From assembly GCA_046483795.1 (NCBI GenBank), contig JAWOCM010000091.1, positions 1 through 64,000 on the forward strand: a DNA stretch of 64,000 nucleotides, given 5' to 3'. The position numbers and the translations under genes were made by a program. Below, in pieces: positions 63,689 to 64,000 of this stretch (within the stretch, counting starts at the first letter, position 1; the number at the start of each line of letters is the position of its first letter). This DNA is from Desulfuromonadales bacterium (GTDB lineage Bacteria; Desulfobacterota; Desulfuromonadia; Desulfuromonadales; JAWOCM01). The notes beneath the pieces are model-generated. The model made no database searches and was not told the DNA's origin. It saw nothing but the letters and a program-made list of their open reading frames with translations.

Positions 63689-64000
63689 TCAAATCTTGTT
63701 CTTCAGCACCATATTGTCGCGATGCACCACCTCATCGCCGTACTTGTATCCGAGCAGCCCTTCGATCTCGGTCGAGTTGCGCCCCATGATTTTCATCATT
63801 TCAGTCAAATCGTAACCGATGACCCCTTTGGCGATCTCGACGCCGGCCAGCGAACACAACCGCACGGCATCACCGCGCTGAAAAACGCCCTCGATTTTTT
63901 TCACCCCTGAGGGCAAAAGGCTTTTTCCGCCGTCGAGCAGGGCCTGACAGGCGCCGTCATCGAGAAACAGAACCCCCTTGGGCCTGGTGAATGAAATCCA
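63689..64000 (-). CDS. proB: Glutamate 5-kinase ProB (C-terminal PUA part only; 5' end beyond the window)
   Basis: The frame is open to the window end. The C-terminal PUA-domain sequence is ...GVKKIEGVFQRGDAVRLCSLAGVEIAKGVIGYDLTEMMKIMGRNSTEIEGLLGYKYGDEVVHRDNMVLKNKI. Confidence 0.85.
   Translation of the reverse strand, partial: WISFTRPKGVLFLDDGACQALLDGGKSLLPSGVKKIEGVFQRGDAVRLCSLAGVEIAKGVIGYDLTEMMKIMGRNSTEIEGLLGYKYGDEVVHRDNMVLKNKI

Overview
The window is a high-GC (about 60% by eye) chromosomal segment. Gene content and protein sequences look Desulfuromonadales-like (Geobacter/Pelobacter/Desulfuromonas type), but that placement is inference only. Coding density is high and I call about 66 CDS, almost all core housekeeping. 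They include:
- cpoB, a U32 peptidase, a lipid kinase-nudF-nudC operon, ald, pcrA/uvrD and a TIGR01212 radical SAM gene.
- An alpha-glucan cluster: REC, then an NDP-sugar pyrophosphorylase fused to a phosphohexomutase-like domain, then a 1103-aa GH13 protein, then glgA.
- trkAH; pgeF-rluD-degP; elbB; a rubredoxin-ferredoxin-lipB-lipA operon; suhB; yciH.
- A lactate catabolism supercluster: glcD/glcF-like genes, lctP, lutC and a lutB-lutA fusion.
- A CPA2 antiporter fused to PTS EIIA, a rhomboid protease, cspA, two orphan histidine kinases, and the conserved run proB-proA-nadD-rsfS-rlmH-dksA-lapB-gpmI-comF.

I found no rRNA, tRNA, CRISPR array, prophage or recognisable defence island.

The least-explained signal is non-coding. 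Nearly every intergenic gap of 150 bp or more carries a 125-155 bp element that folds into a long imperfect hairpin built from tandem 7-9-mers (CACCAAGG, ACGCAAAG, GTGAGG words).
- Families A and B share a terminal motif (TGG-N2-3-TCGCAAAAA).
- One copy is flanked by a perfect 12-bp direct repeat.
- The two family A copies differ by compensatory changes in their arms.
- Element ends supply the stop codons of two genes.

Other points worth a second look:
- The phosphohexomutase-like half of the glucan-cluster fusion protein has lost all four catalytic motifs.
- A poly-Glu small ORF overlaps the glgA 3' end across a (GAGGAA)6 microsatellite.
- A 382-nt structured leader ends in a terminator-like hairpin 26 nt before the pcrA start.
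- TGGT-N3-ACCA operators sit in the lactate divergent promoter region with no local regulator gene.

Two real-looking genes under 60 aa are missing from the ORF track: a rubredoxin and a Lys/Glu-rich 42-aa ORF. All coordinates that are not from the track were hand-indexed and cross-checked against track frames.
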